Of a stretch of 64,000 nucleotides of DNA, positions 1-13,300 are shown piece after piece. Under the pieces are notes generated by a model, which was not told the origin of the DNA, searched no databases, and saw nothing but the letters and a program-made list of their open reading frames with translations. The position numbers were made by a program, and so were the translations under genes. The stretch covers positions 25,916,001 through 25,980,000 of the forward strand of contig JBHGNT010000001.1 of NCBI GenBank assembly GCA_043228905.1. The letters are read 5' to 3'. How positions within the stretch are numbered: position 1 is the first letter of the stretch; each line of letters opens with the position of its first letter. Source of the DNA: Azolla caroliniana (Eukaryota > Plantae > Polypodiophyta).

Positions 1-2010
1 CATCATGGCTAGTTCCTTTGGCATATCCATTATCCGAGCATCTGCTGACTCTTGTTCAGCCATTAACTTAGCTTCGGCGACCACTAATGCCAGATGTTTT
101 GCTTCATATCTGACTTCGAGTTGTGCACAGATTATCGTTAATTCTGTACTGGCCGACTCCAGTGTTTCTTTTTGTTGTTCATACATCATCTGCATTTCTG
201 ATTTCTGTAGTACCATCTCGGACATTTTGTTTGCAAAATATTCCTTCTGAAATATGATATTTTCCTCTAATTCTTGCACATTTTTTGCTTCAGCTGTCGT
301 TGCCTACCGTTGTTGCTCAAGCAATTTCTTTAATTCTTGAATGGCATTGTCTTTGTGATCCAACAATGCTCCTATCTGTCTCTTGGCAAGCTTAATGCGG
401 TCTTTCATTTTTTTTCACATTTTCCTCCACCTTGGCAGCTCTATTTTTTGCCTCTTCGACCTTCGTCTCTGCCTCTCGCAGCTGATCCCTTACTTGTTGA
501 CCAGGTACATGCATATGGGCTTCGACCTGCTTTACCTTTTGCTCTACTTCTTGAAGCCTATCCGATAGTTTGGTGTTGTCCTCTTTAGCATTAGAATATT
601 GATCATTTAATCGATATGTTGCCGCCGTGGTTTTCTCACATGCCTCGGCCATGTCTTTTGCGGCCTTGTTCATTCATTCATATTCCCGATGGACTTCTAC
701 CAACGTCGTGTTTAATGGTGACATCTGAATTGCCTTGCCCCTAGACCTGGCATGTCTCTATCGACTAATTCGATCCAACTCTGGTTGATCCTCAGGCTCA
801 ATTGGGCCAATCATGGCCTTCTGAATCATAATTTGATCCTTGTGTTCTTGGGTGAGCATGTTGGACGCATATTGTAATCGTTGGGCAAGCCATGCAACAA
901 GTTTGTAGGATGTGCCGAACTGTAGAATCGTTGCCACTTCATGTGTTGTCGGTGGCAATTATGGTAATTCCAATACTTCACTTGGGGTCATCGAAGATTA
1001 TTTCCCCTTTTCTAGACGACTAGTGTCAGCTGGGTCAACACGCGTCTCTTGTTCCTCTTGTTGTATTGGTTGTGTCTGTTGGTGTTGTTCTTCGACTTGC
1101 TTCTTCTTCTCTATATGCGTCTCATCTTCTGGTTGTTGAAATCTTCGACTTTTCTGCTTCGTTCGGAATGTAGGTGTTTGTTGTTAATTCTCAGCCTCGA
1201 AAGTTGGGGTTGATTCCTGGATAGGTTAGGTTTGTGGAATCAGTTCCTGAACTAGTTGTGACTATGAATTCGGAGTCCGCATTGGCTCCGTTATCGAGGT
1301 GTCGGGATTCGGAGTCGACTCCTGCTCCTGCTGGGGTTCTACTACTGATTGTCGGGTTGAATCCAACCCTTGGGTGTCAACAGTTGTCTGCTCTGGTTCT
1401 TGCCACTCTTCATGTGGTACTTCCCTCTGGGCCCTCGATGTCGACTTTGGTTGCCCTCTTTCCTTCCTTGGGGTCTTATGCCAACTCTCCATACTTGGTG
1501 TTGGGCAGAGTATTGTGAACCATCGACCGAAGATGGGTTTCATGGGTTTGCCATCCTGCACCCCTTTTCAATTGGTCCCTCGGTGCTTCCCCTGTCAGGT
1601 ACCCCCAATCGACTGTCTCCCCTTCATATGTAGTGATAATAAATCTTGCCCTTTGCTTGGGCATGCAGTAGAGCCGGGGACTGACCAAAGCCACTTCTAA
1701 CAAGAATTTGACTACTTCTTGGAACAGTTTGTCTTCACCGCCCTATGTTTTATAAGCTTTGACCGATGGTGAATATTCACCAAAATACGAACCTTAACAC
1801 TTCCGATTTCAGTGGCTCCATACCATCAAACCCTTCCCTTTTAAGATTCAGAAATTGGTGTACCTGTTTATTGGTGATTTTGGTGACGTCGATTTGATTC
1901 ACGTTTCTGCAATGCAGGGATGGGATTCGACATTTGCAACCCCAAGATATTCTCGTAGTCCCTTGTTGTGCAACTAGTTATGAAGCCTGTCAAATATTGG
2001 GATCATCATG
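1..2010 (-). pseudogene. Disrupted accessory ORF downstream of gypsy integrase (globular N-terminus, low-complexity linker, coiled-coil C-terminus)
   Basis: ORF pieces 1476-1703, 1262-1561, 758-958 and 392-673 are co-oriented with pol and join through frameshifts or stops: ..EVVKFLLEVALVSPRLYCMPKQRARFIITTYEGETVDWG / KPMKPIFGRWFTILCP, then an E/Q/T-rich linker, then heptad-like QLREAETKVEEAKNRAAKVEE. Confidence 0.55.
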
Positions 2011-3174
2011 GTATCGTCTTCAGTGGTGTTAGAGCGATCAGTGAGTGATGGCGAGAAGCAAAAGGGAGAAGCTTAAAAGTTTTGTGCTCTGTGTGCTCGA
2101 AGATGTTTGTGTTGTTGTGAGACACAAAATGGAGAAGAAGAGTTTTTGGAGAAAAGTTTGGCCATTTTTTGAGGAGTTTTTGAAAACCTACTATTAATGG
2201 TAGTGATAGTACGAATATAGTAATAATACTTTCAATAACCACCACTTGTAATGAATACTAAATGATTTGTTAGCTTATCCATTTATAGTCTGAAAAGGAC
2301 AATGCCAAGAAGTCATCATGCTAGAATCTTTTTCTATTATATATTTGCCAAGATTTATTTCCTTTTTTTACTCTAAATCATATTTACAATTTTGTCCCCT
2401 TGCCACATTACTCCATGGTCAGCAGACTGTCAGAATCGACTCCGATTCTAAATGGGTTTTCCGGCATCAATCCTTGATAAGGCTTGAGTCAAAATACATT
2501 CACCCATTTTGGCAGAATTTCACCTACCAACGTTCCGACTTGATATGTACCATTTTTGTTGTCAATTATCCAAAATGGTCCTTTCCACCGAAATCTAAGT
2601 TTACCTCTCATCAAACCCATCTTTGTTTGAAATACCAACATTGGTTTGCCGACTTCAAACAACTTTTCCTTTTGTTTTTGGTGTCGGTCCACAAACGCCT
2701 TTGTTTGTCATTGTTTCTATTCTAATGCACACATAGCTTGAAGTCGACTTTCGTCCAATACCAACAATTGTTCCTTCTTCATTCGTTCGGACTATTCTTC
2801 ATGTAATCTTTAGGTGATCTAAACTGATAGTGTCGGAATTTGAAATTCGACTAGCATTACGGCTTCTAGTCTAAATGCCATTCGAAACGGGGTCGATTTG
2901 ATAACCGTCTTGTATAAGTCGAGGAGTATGCCCATAAAGCACTATGAAGCTTCTGGTCCCAATAAGTTTTGTTCTCATTCACTATATTTTTTAGAATCAT
3001 TCGTAATGTTTTGTTTGTTGATTTTGCCAATCCATTGGCTTGAGGATAGTATGGAGTACTCCTCTTATGTACTACTGCATAGTAAGTCAATAGTTCATGT
3101 ACAATTCTATTTATAAAATGAGTACCCTGATCACTTACCAGTTCGATTGGGCAGCTGAATTGACACCATATGGA

Positions 3175-3315
3175 CTCATAGAAAAATTTGGTTGTGAATG
3201 TCGTCGTGTTACCTCTAAGTGCTTTGGCTTTGGCTTCATAGAGAAATTTGGTTGTGAATGTCGTCGTGTTACCTCTAAGTGCTTTGGCTTTGGCTTCATA
3301 GAGAAATTTGGTTGT
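3175..3315. repeat. 60-bp tandem duplication (~2.3 copies) inside the integrase core
   Basis: catagagaaatttggttgtgaatgtcgtcgtgttacctctaagtgctttggctttggctt repeats with period 60. It translates as (TTKFLYEAKAKALRGNTTTF)x2. Confidence 0.95.
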
Positions 3316-4378
3316 AGTCGGTGGCAACTATAATATATCGATTTGCGGTTCGTGTAGTTGTTGGTTTGAATAGTCTGACAAAGTCGAGACCCCATTTTTG
3401 AAATGGCTCCAAAGGTAATACTGGTTGATGCGGCATCCTATCTTTTTCTTTGGTTGGCCGGTTCGCTGACATAAATCACATTGTCGACTGCATCTTTTGA
3501 GGTAGTCGGCCACCACAAGCCGTTATTCCAAATTTTCCTAGTCGTCGTTTCTCTTGCATAATGACCGCTAACAATTCCACAATGGGCCTCACGCAGAACC
3601 GCTTCTTTCTCATATTGTCTAACCACCCGCCACCATACGCCATCAACTCCTTTATGGTATAATGTGTCGTTGAGGAGACAGAAGTTCCAACTTCTTATTG
3701 CTAACCTTTTTCTTTCATCTAGTGGCATACCTACTGGCGACAATCCTGTACTCAAAAAAATCATCAATTTAGTGATCCATAAATCCACCTTGCCTTATCT
3801 TTATCCATTTTTGTGGTTGCGACGATGTCAACTCTAAAAAGTTGAGCGTCGGGAAAATCATCTTTTACTCTTGTACCCAACTCCCTCGATTCTAGTCTTC
3901 TCAAATAGTCGGCAATTGCATGGTGCACCCTGGCCAATGAAGTATGTCAAATTCAAACTCTTGCAGCAGTAGTGTCCATCCGGCCAGTTTTCCTGTCAAT
4001 TCTTACTTGGACACTAAATATAATAATGTTGAATGGTCCACATGAAATGTGAATTTTCGACCCCATTAAATTTATGGATACTATATATCATTCCGAGAGC
4101 CTCGCGTTCAGTTGTTGAGTAATTTCGTTCAGCCGTTGAGAGCTTCCGACTCACATAGTACACTGGTCTGCATCAGTTCGGCTCCATTAGTTGCATTAAT
4201 GAGCTTCCGATTGCTACATCAGATGCGTCGAAAAAGACATGAAAAGGCTTCTGCCAATTGGGAGGTTGTACAACGGGTACCTTAGTGAGCATCTTCTTGA
4301 GGCAATCATAGGCATCTTGCTCCGCATTTGTCCATTGAAAAGGTGTTTAATGTACTATCGTATGTAGAGGTGTTGCCA

Positions 4379-7201
4379 TGTCACGGTATTCCGCGAGTAC
4401 GTGTAAGATCTTAGGCGGGACCGCGGGGGTCTTGGACCAAGGAGTAGAGGGGGAATGGAAGCTTAGCTCGAGAGGAGAGGAGAAAGAATAGGACATAAGC
4501 ATAGAATGGATGGAGGCAAGATACACAAACGAGTTATATTAAGAAACACCAAACGTTTTACAACCATGGCCGCATAGGCATAACGAAAACACTATATGGA
4601 ACCCTAACTAGATAAGTAAAGTAAAGAAGATGATGAAGAAGAAACCCTAAGCGAAACCCTAAACCCAAAATAGAAACCTTCAACCTAAGTGGTATACCTC
4701 TCTCACTCAAAATAGGCAACCCCTTCACAAGAGACCCCTCCCTTTTATAGCCCAAGGAGGGAGGGACGTTACAATGTGGGATAAATTCTCCCCCTTATTC
4801 TATACACCATTTTCCTATTATACATGTGCACATGTTGCACATTGACGACTTGCCCATTCCATCCTGGTTTCACACCAAAGCCAGAAATCTTCACGACATC
4901 CACCCCCACCAAACCGCACATCCACCGGTATGTGCCAAGAAGGGAAAAAAGTGAAAGATTTTCGACGACGGTGATCAACCGGGTTCACCATCGACCTGGC
5001 ACCCGACCACCTTGCCGGCTCCTACCAACCCCGATCCGTCGACTTCCGAACCGATCCCGTCCTCCTTCCGGGAGCTCACCTACGCGGTTGTCCTCATTGC
5101 CCTTGCTCGACTTTGTCATCCATTTCAAGCATGCCCATCCTTTCCACATGAACCGTCGTAGCCTCCCAATCCGTTGTATCTGCCGCACGTCCCTGAACCG
5201 TTGGCTCCATCCAATCCACCATATCCGTTGTTCGTGCCTTCTTACCCGATCAGTCCTCCCAAGCACCATTGTCGATCTGGTCGCTCCTCGTTTGTCCGCC
5301 GCGCATGCCCTCCGATTAGGCCCCCGGTTACTCCAGTTGTACGCCAGATTCCGCGTGTCGCGTGTGTCCCTCCTTTGGTTCGATCGTCTCCTCGTCCCGA
5401 GCACCTCGGCGTGCCATCTCTCTCCGTTTCACGCTTGCCTTACATAGGCCCTTCCCGTGCGTCGATGTCGTCCTCCGAATTCGCGCTCGTTCTTTGGTCC
5501 TTAGGTGACCCCATTACCCGCTCCTTATTTCTCCCTTGCTAACCGTGCTCTCTCGCGGTAGAGCGTACCGTCATCCCGACCTTCGTGTTGGTGTCCTTCG
5601 CGGCTCTCGTTACTACTTCATCCCGACTCGCGCCCTCTTGGCCCTCTTGGCCTCACATGTCGTCCGAGACGCCGCATTTTCTCTTCCCGGTGCGTAGCCC
5701 TTTGCTCTCCGCGCACCATCCTCCATTCTTGCCGTTCATCCGCCGATCCCAACAACTCACCGCTCTGCCTTCCATCCCATGCTTGCCTCTTAAAGGCTCG
5801 ACCAGATCGCTATCACCGGTCACTCGTTGCCACTCTTCTGGGTGCATGCTTGTTTCTTGGCCCTTCACCAGCCGTAGTGCATGCTCCGTTTCATGCCCTT
5901 CACTCGCCGTAGTCCCGACCTCCGCATCGGCCTCTTCTTCCTTCGTCGTCGTAGTCCTTTCTGGCTCCTCTTGGCCCCGCTCGTCCGTCTTTCCGCATCG
6001 GATACCCGTTTCGGTAACCTCGTCCGCTCCGGTCTCCGACTCCTCGCCGCCACCCGCCATCTCTTCGGTCTTACATTGATCCGCAACCGCCGAAGTCTCT
6101 AGAATAGGTGTGGAGGGTTCCTCTTGTTTCTGGTCTTCCACTAGACCGTAGTCATCACACCCGCTTGGCCTCCTTCTTGCGCTCACCGGCTCCCACCGCG
6201 TTTCGTGGCTCGCGTACCTCGACCTCCAATCATGCTGGCATAGCCCTTGCTCGGATCGGTCTCGGCCAATCAGGTTCCGGTTCGGTCGGCTCTCTTCCAT
6301 GATCGTAACCGGCCAGTACGGGTTCACCCGAACAATCCCGACCCTGCCGGCTCTTCTTCGGTTCGGGCCCGGTTGACCGGCCCCCGCTCCAATCTTCTTC
6401 TGCGTCGTCTTTCGGTTGTATCGGATTACCGACCAAAAGGGAGGCCGGGAACGGCCAAGAGGAGAGAGTCGGGAACTGACCCGACCGGAGCATGTGCGCA
6501 CTTTGGGCCTCGCATCCTCACGGCCACCGCCCATCTCTCCGGTCTTATGTTGGTACACAACCGCCGAAGTCTCTGGCCCCGGTGTCGAGGGATCTCTCCT
6601 CCATCCGCTACAATCTTCCTCGTTCTCATTTCGGTCACCCGCCTTGCCACCGCCATTGTCCGTCACTCTAGGTCTCACGTCGGCTCTCGGGCCAGCCGCT
6701 AGAGTCTCTAGAACCGGTGTGGGTAAGGTCCCGACACCACCGCTCATCGTGTCCTCAGCCACCTCCATCCGGACGTCGTTGTCCACGGCTACCACGTCCC
6801 CGATTACGCTTGCCTCCTCCTCTTCCTCGTTCTCCTTGTCATCGTCTTGGTTGCCCACCTTGCCACCGCCACCGTTCGTCACGCTAGGTCTCACGTTGGT
6901 ACTCGAGTCGGCCGTCGGAGTCTCTAGAACCGGTGTGGGTAAGGTCCTAGCACCGTCACTCGTCTCCTCCCCACTAGATGTTTCGGGCCACTATGTCCCG
7001 AATCCTCCCCCCACTCTCGAAGTGGCGCTCCTAGCTCCGTAGTCACCAGCCTCTTCCATGGCCATCGTTTCATCGTAAGACAAGAGGGTCGCTTGCTCCG
7101 CACCCTCTCCCTCGTCATCGTCGTACACTCTTTCGGCCTCCGCATAGGCCCTGTCCTCCACACGTAGGGAGGCTTCACCAAAGCCGAAAATCTTCACGAC
7201 A
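4379..7201 (-). mobile_element. Non-autonomous LTR element (Trp-primed family relative); 3' LTR 4379-4898, 5' LTR reduced to ~28 bp
   Basis: The LTR reads TGTCAC..TCACGACA, and the PPT complement tccacccccacc follows at 4899. The same terminus (aaatcttcacgaca) recurs at 7188-7201. The internal region is GC-rich with no pol motifs, and the host gypsy pol frame resumes on both sides. Confidence 0.75.
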
Positions 7202-8311
7202 CCGTATGTCATGAATCATCCGACTATGCCATCTAATTTGGCCCAAAAACCTACTGAGAGCCTTAGCATTAGTTGGTGCCGGAGCTTCCAGTATCGCCTT
7301 CACCTTGTGGGGATCCACTACTATTCCTTCCTAACTAACGATATGATCGAGCATCGTACCACTAATTACTTTGAATGCACATTTAGCAGGATTGAGACTA
7401 AGTCAACCTTGTCGACACTGTTCTAGACACAGTCGTAAATGCTCGAAATGATCGGCTTTTCTACTATATATGGCAAAATCATCAAGGAATACCTACAGAA
7501 ATGTAGGGATATAATCAATGAAAATTTCTTGAATAACTCTCTCAAATGTCGTCAAAGTTATTTTTAACCCGAACATCATTACGACTACGACAAATACTCC
7601 CCATTCCATGACAAATGCTATTTTTTCCTGATCTACTGGGTGCATTCAAACCTAATTATAGCCACTAAAGCCATCTAGAAAACTGTAAATTTTGTGACAT
7701 GCCACCGCATCCAAAACTCCATCCGTAAATGGTAATAGAAATGCATCCATTATTGTGGCCGCATTCAACTTCCTATAGTCGACACATACCCGTATCTTTC
7801 CATTTTTCTTGGGTACGACTACAATTGGACTTAACCAAGTTGCTTTTTTTACTGGTCGAATAAAACCGACTGTAAGGAGTTAGTCGATTTCTTCCTTGAC
7901 TTTCACAACATAGTTCGGATTTAGTCAGTACCGACGTTGTTGTACTGGCTTCGCATCTCTATGCAAATTTATCGGATGCTAACAGAATGCTAGATCTAAT
8001 CCCTTCATGTCTTCAAATGACCAAGCAAACACATCTTTATATTGACGCAAAAAATCAATAATCTTAGCTTTATCGGTTGACTCCATTTCCTTCGCTATCA
8101 AAATTGTCTTTGGTGTCGGCTAAGTTTAATTCTTTGTTGAGAATCGACCTCAACTTCCCATAGGAATAGCGTTCACACTAGGCAATGGACAACTTACTAG
8201 AACATTTCTGTAATTAGCAGAAAGGGCATTTGCCCTAGACTAGTTGGTATTTAAAGCAACCCTTTGTAATGTAGTGGAATGTTGGAGGTAATATACAATT
8301 TTCTTGTTTAG

Positions 8312-8354
<43 letters not shown>

Positions 8355-8735
8355 GAATAGTACTGAGACAAAGAAGAAAATAGTACTGAGAGAGGAATAT
8401 TAGTACTAAGAGGAATAGAGGGTGTAGAACATGACATCGAGGGAGAGAAAATGATGATGACATCGATATATTATGTGAGAAGAATATACAAGGCTTGGAG
8501 GCTTAAGACTGGTGTTGAACCGATTTGGTTCAAAATAATGCCTTGTGCCTCCTTTTATAGTGTTCTCAAGAGTAGTCCTGAAGCTTCCAGAATGTTCTAG
8601 AGAAATATGGAATATACAATAATTTTCTATAGTAAAACTAAAATAAAAATAATATCTTACGTATTACAATAGATAGTGTAATGGTCAAGAGCTCGACCCA
8701 TGTAACGTAAGGTCATGGGTTGGAGTCTTGCCATA

Positions 8736-9326
8736 TCATGACACTATCTCCCCTTTAAAACAACGAGTGTCCCAAGTCGTTTTGGATTGAGGACCTGGTT
8801 TATCTGGATATTGACGATGGAATTCTTCAAGAAGAGCACGAGCATTGGTCACATTCTCTATTGGTTCCCAAGTACGCTCGTTAGGACTATATCCTAGCCA
8901 ATCGACTAAATAGTAGAGCTTGTTGCGAATAATCTTGGAATCGAGGATAGTGGCAACCTCATACTCAGGTCCATCTTCAAGTTCGATCAGGGGTGGAGGT
9001 TGTGGAATACGTCCTAGGATGGTGCTATCTTGATAGGGTTCGAGGAGAGAACTATGAAACACCGGATGTATGCGAAATTGCGGGGGTAGATCGAGACAAA
9101 AAGCGACATCATTCATCTTTTCGATAATACGAAAAGGACCTAATCGCCGATAATCCAACTTCTCGCATGGGCGAGTAGTCTTGATGTATCGTCGTAGTAG
9201 CCATGTCCACCCTCCAATGTAAAAACTGTATGGAAGCCGATGATGATCCACGTAAACCTTGTGTGTTTGTTGAGCTTGTTGTAGATGAGTAGATAAATCT
9301 GCTTGTATCTTGCGTAACCGCTCCAA
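8736..9326 (-). pseudogene. Integrase C-terminus with GPY/F motif and chromodomain
   Basis: LGPFRI..IHPVFHSSLLEP followed by EYEVATILDSKIIRNKLYYLVDWLGYSPNERTWEPIENV..LLEEFH, a canonical chromodomain. Confidence 0.9.
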
Positions 9327-10370
9327 ACGATCCTCTGCACAACGATTTGTGCGTAACTCTGGGGTTTCAAATACACATCACCGGGGGTGACAACCCATAT
9401 AAGCATAAAATGGGTTAACTGTAGTCGATGAGTGGAGATAGTTATTATAGGCAAATTCGGCGAACTGGAGAATATCCGCCCAATCATCCTGATGATAGCT
9501 CAGAAAGCACCGAAGATACTACTCCATCGTTTGATTTATTCGTTCTGTTTGGCCGTCAGTTTGCGGGTGGTAGCCGAAGGAGAGGTTACAAATGACCTTG
9601 AGCATTTTAAAAAGGTGCTTCTAGAATTTCGAGACAAATTGGGATCCACAGTCGCTGATGATATTATCAGGAAGACCATGATGCCAACATACTTCACGCA
9701 TGACAATTTCGGCGGTTTTTTCACTGGAGATTTCCTTAGTACATAACAAGAAATGAGCCATCTTCATATATCGATCTACTACTATTAAAATCGCATTGAA
9801 TCCCTTAGAGACTGGAAGATCTGTGATGAAATCTAGAGCAATGGATTGCCACGGCTTGCTTGGAATTGGTAATGGTTCTAATAAACCATACGGATGATGC
9901 CTTGGCATTTTTGCTTTGCAACATGTATCACAAGTCCGAACAAAATCTTCAACAAATTGTCGCATACAAGGCCACCAGAATGATCGTTGTACTAAATCTA
10001 ATGTCTTAGTACTACCAAAATGCCTAGTTGTATATGTGTCATGACAGTTTTAGACTACTCAAAGGCGGCAAGAACCTTTAGGAACATACAAGAGTTTCTT
10101 AAAGAATAGTAATCCATCATGACATTCGAATTGTCGATAGTCCATATCTAGTTGTTGCGACTGAGAACAAGATACTCGAGAGGGATCAATTTGTGCTAGA
10201 ATGGCTTGGGCGAAAGCATCTGTCTTCAAGTCCTCATGTATGGTATCGATAATGTTGGAATCCAAGGGCATGCCGAAGACCTGTGTTGCTTGCAGTGGTA
10301 CTAGTCCCAAGATTACTTGCTTTTGGTTATCAAAAGTTGGCTCGCCGGGACGCGGTGCGAGATACGAACG

Positions 10371-13300
10371 TGTTGAGAATCGATGCTTCGATTCACCTTC
10401 TTCGCCCGGCCACAACCGAGTAATCGCGGATCAATGCAGCAGAAAATGGAAACCAAAAGAGAGAAACACACGAGTACACAGGGATTAACGTGGAAAACCC
10501 TAGATGGGAAAAACCACGGGAGTACAAGACTCCAAACAACACTATACAAGAGAAGTATACAATGACGAGCTCCAAGGCGACGACCTTGAGCTCGCTGTCC
10601 TCGCCACAGGCGGCGGAAATACACAGAGGCGTCGTCCTCTTCCTCTCTCGCGCTCTATCTCTCACTCTGTCTCACGGCTGCTCCCTCTTCACTCCTCTTG
10701 AGTGGAAAAACAGAAAAATGATAAGCAACAACAAAACAGATTGCCCTAAGTCATATTTATACATATATGACTTTGGGGCTATTTACAACTATAGCCTCAG
10801 GGGCCCATAGCAGACATATTCACGGATATGTCCCTGCATCCGGATCGCTCTCCGGGTACATTCGTCATCCGGCACCGAAGCCGGGGTCTTCGTCATCCGG
10901 ATCCGAAACCGGAACCGGGCTTGTCGGCATTCATCTCCGACATCCGACCATCCCATCCGAAGGGACCGTAATCCCAACAAACTCCCCCTTCACTTCGGCA
11001 TGGGATGTCTTTCCAATCCGATCCTCTTCCGGCATGCTTCCAGCTTGTCGGGTGTGAGCACCTTGGTCAGCATATCCGATCCATTCTCGTCCGTGTGGAT
11101 CTTTGTCAGCACGAACTCCTTGTCTTCTATCCTTTCCCGGATCCAGTGATATCTTCGCTGGATGTGCTTCGTCCGGGAGTGATAGGCCGCGTTCTTCGCA
11201 AGGTGGATTGCACTCTAACTGTCGCAGTAGAGTCGGTACTCCTCCTGCCGGATACCGAGCTCCCTAATGAAGTCCTTCATCCATATTATTTCCTTGCCGG
11301 CTTCAACAGCTGCCATGTACTCCGCCTCCGTGGTTGACAACGCAACCGTCTTCTGCAGCCTCGACTGCCACGAAACAGCTCCCCCTGCATACGTCATCAC
11401 ATACCCTGATGTGGACCGGCTGGTATCTGCATCAGCCGACATATCCGAATCGGTGAAGCCGTCGAGTTCGGGCTTACCGGAGCCGAATCGGAGGCACACG
11501 TTTGCCGTGCCCTTCAGGTATCGGAGTATCCACTTGGCCGCGTTCCAATGCTCTTTGCCGGGATTGCTCATGTACCGGCTCACCACTCCGACTGCATATC
11601 CTATGTCCGGTCTCGTACACACCATGGCGTACATCAAGCTCCCGACGGCTGAGGCATACGGCACTTTCATCATATCCTCCTTTTCAGCCTTTGTCTTGGG
11701 ACTTTGCTTGCTGGACAGCTTGCAGTTTGCCGGGAGGGTCGATCCGACCGGTCTTGCTTCCGACATGTTGAACCGGTGAAGCACCTTCGTCACGTACTTC
11801 TCATGTGACAGCCACAACTGCTTCTTGCTCCGGTCCCGGATGATGTGCATCCCTAGTATTTGTCTCGCCGGACCCAGGTCCTTCATTGAGAAGGTTCGGT
11901 GAAGAGCCTTCTTCAGCATCCGGATCTTGACCTGGTCCCGTCCGACGATCAACATGTCGTCCACGTACAGGAGGAGTACTAGAAAGTCTCCTCCTTCGAA
12001 CTTCTTCACAAACACGCAGTGGTCGGACTGCGTTTTGAGGTACCCTTCGTCGGTCATGAAGGAGTCGAACTTCCGGTACCATTGCCGGGGAGCCTGCTTC
12101 AGTCCGTAAAGGCTCTTCTTCAACCGGCATACCAGGTGCTCCTTCCCTTTCTTCTCGAATCCTTCCGGTTGCTGCATGTAGATCTCTTCATCGAGGTCAC
12201 CGTGAAGGAATGTCGTCTTCACGTCCATCTGTTCTACCTCGAGGTCCATGCTTGCCGCTATGCTCAGCACCGTCCGGATGGAGGTCATCTTCACTACCGG
12301 GGCAAATATCTCGTCGAAGTCGACGCCCTTCTTCTGCTGAAACCCCTTCACCACGATCCTGGCTTTGTATCTCGGGGGGTTTCCGGCATCTCCCGGTTTC
12401 AGCTTGAACACCCACTTGTTTCGAAGTGCCCGCTTTCCTTTCGGCAACTCCACAAGTTCATATGTGTGGTTCTCATGCAGGGAATCCATTTCGTCCTGCA
12501 TGGCACTCAACCACCTGCGGCTCTGGGTGTCATGTTTTGCTTCTTCAAAGCTCTCCGGCTCCCCCTCGTCGGTTAGCAGCACGTGCTCTGGTTCCGGAAA
12601 TCTCCGGGGGGCCCTTCTCTCTCTTAGAGGATATCTCCGTTCCGGAGCTTCGGTAACCGGTTCTTCCGATTCTTCTTCATCCGAATCCATTTCAGGATCG
12701 GGGCCGGTTCCGGTATCGTTTTCATCTTCTTCGGCCGGTTCTGTTTCTTCACCGTCTTCGGCCGGATCCTCGAGTGCTAACCGGTCCCTTGCCGGTCGGG
12801 ACTGCTCCTTGTAGAGTTGATCCTCACCGGTCGACTTGGAGCTATTTACCTTCTTCTCCGACTCCCAGTCGGCGAGTGTCTTGTCCTCCATGAAGATGAT
12901 GTCTCGACTCCTGAATATCTTCTCGTCGACCGGGTCCCATACTCGGTAGCCGAACTCGTCATCGCCGTAACCGAGGAATATGCATGGCCGGGTCTTTGGA
13001 TCTAGCTTTCCTCTCCGGTCCTTTGCCACATGCACGTATGCGAGACACCCGAACACCTTCAGATGCCGGTAGGATACTTCCATACCGGTCCACACTTTCT
13101 GCGGCGTGTCTCCGTCCAAAGGTACTGAGGGTGATCTGTTTATCACGTATGTCGTCGTCGACATTGCCTCAGCCCAAAACCCCTTGGGTAATTTCGCATG
13201 CGCCAGCATACTCCGGACCCTCTCCATTATGGTCCGGTTCATCCTTTCGGCCAGCCCGTTCAGTTCCGGCGTCTTCGGCACAGTAAACTCGAGTCGGATT

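Larger units (their letters stand above)
1..8134 (-). mobile_element. Degenerate non-chromovirus Ty3/gypsy retrotransposon (RT-RNase H-integrase plus 3' extra ORF), interrupted at 4379-7201 and truncated at ~8134
   Basis: On the minus strand, RT motifs lie at ~7205-8100 (WLSPIVVVPKKNGKIRVCVDYRKLNAA; VDPHKVKAILEAPAPTNAKALSRFLG) and RNase H at ~3950-4330 (KPFHVFFDASD..; NYSTTEREAL). Integrase lies at ~2470-3790 (EAHCGIVSGHY; LVSDQGTHF; STPYYPQANGLA; RWKGPF). Domain order is gypsy-type with many stops and frameshifts and no chromodomain. Confidence 0.85.

Noticed and set aside
4642-4666. AAACCCTA telomere-like motifs
   Set aside because: These are isolated telo-box-like copies within LTRs, not an interstitial telomere array.
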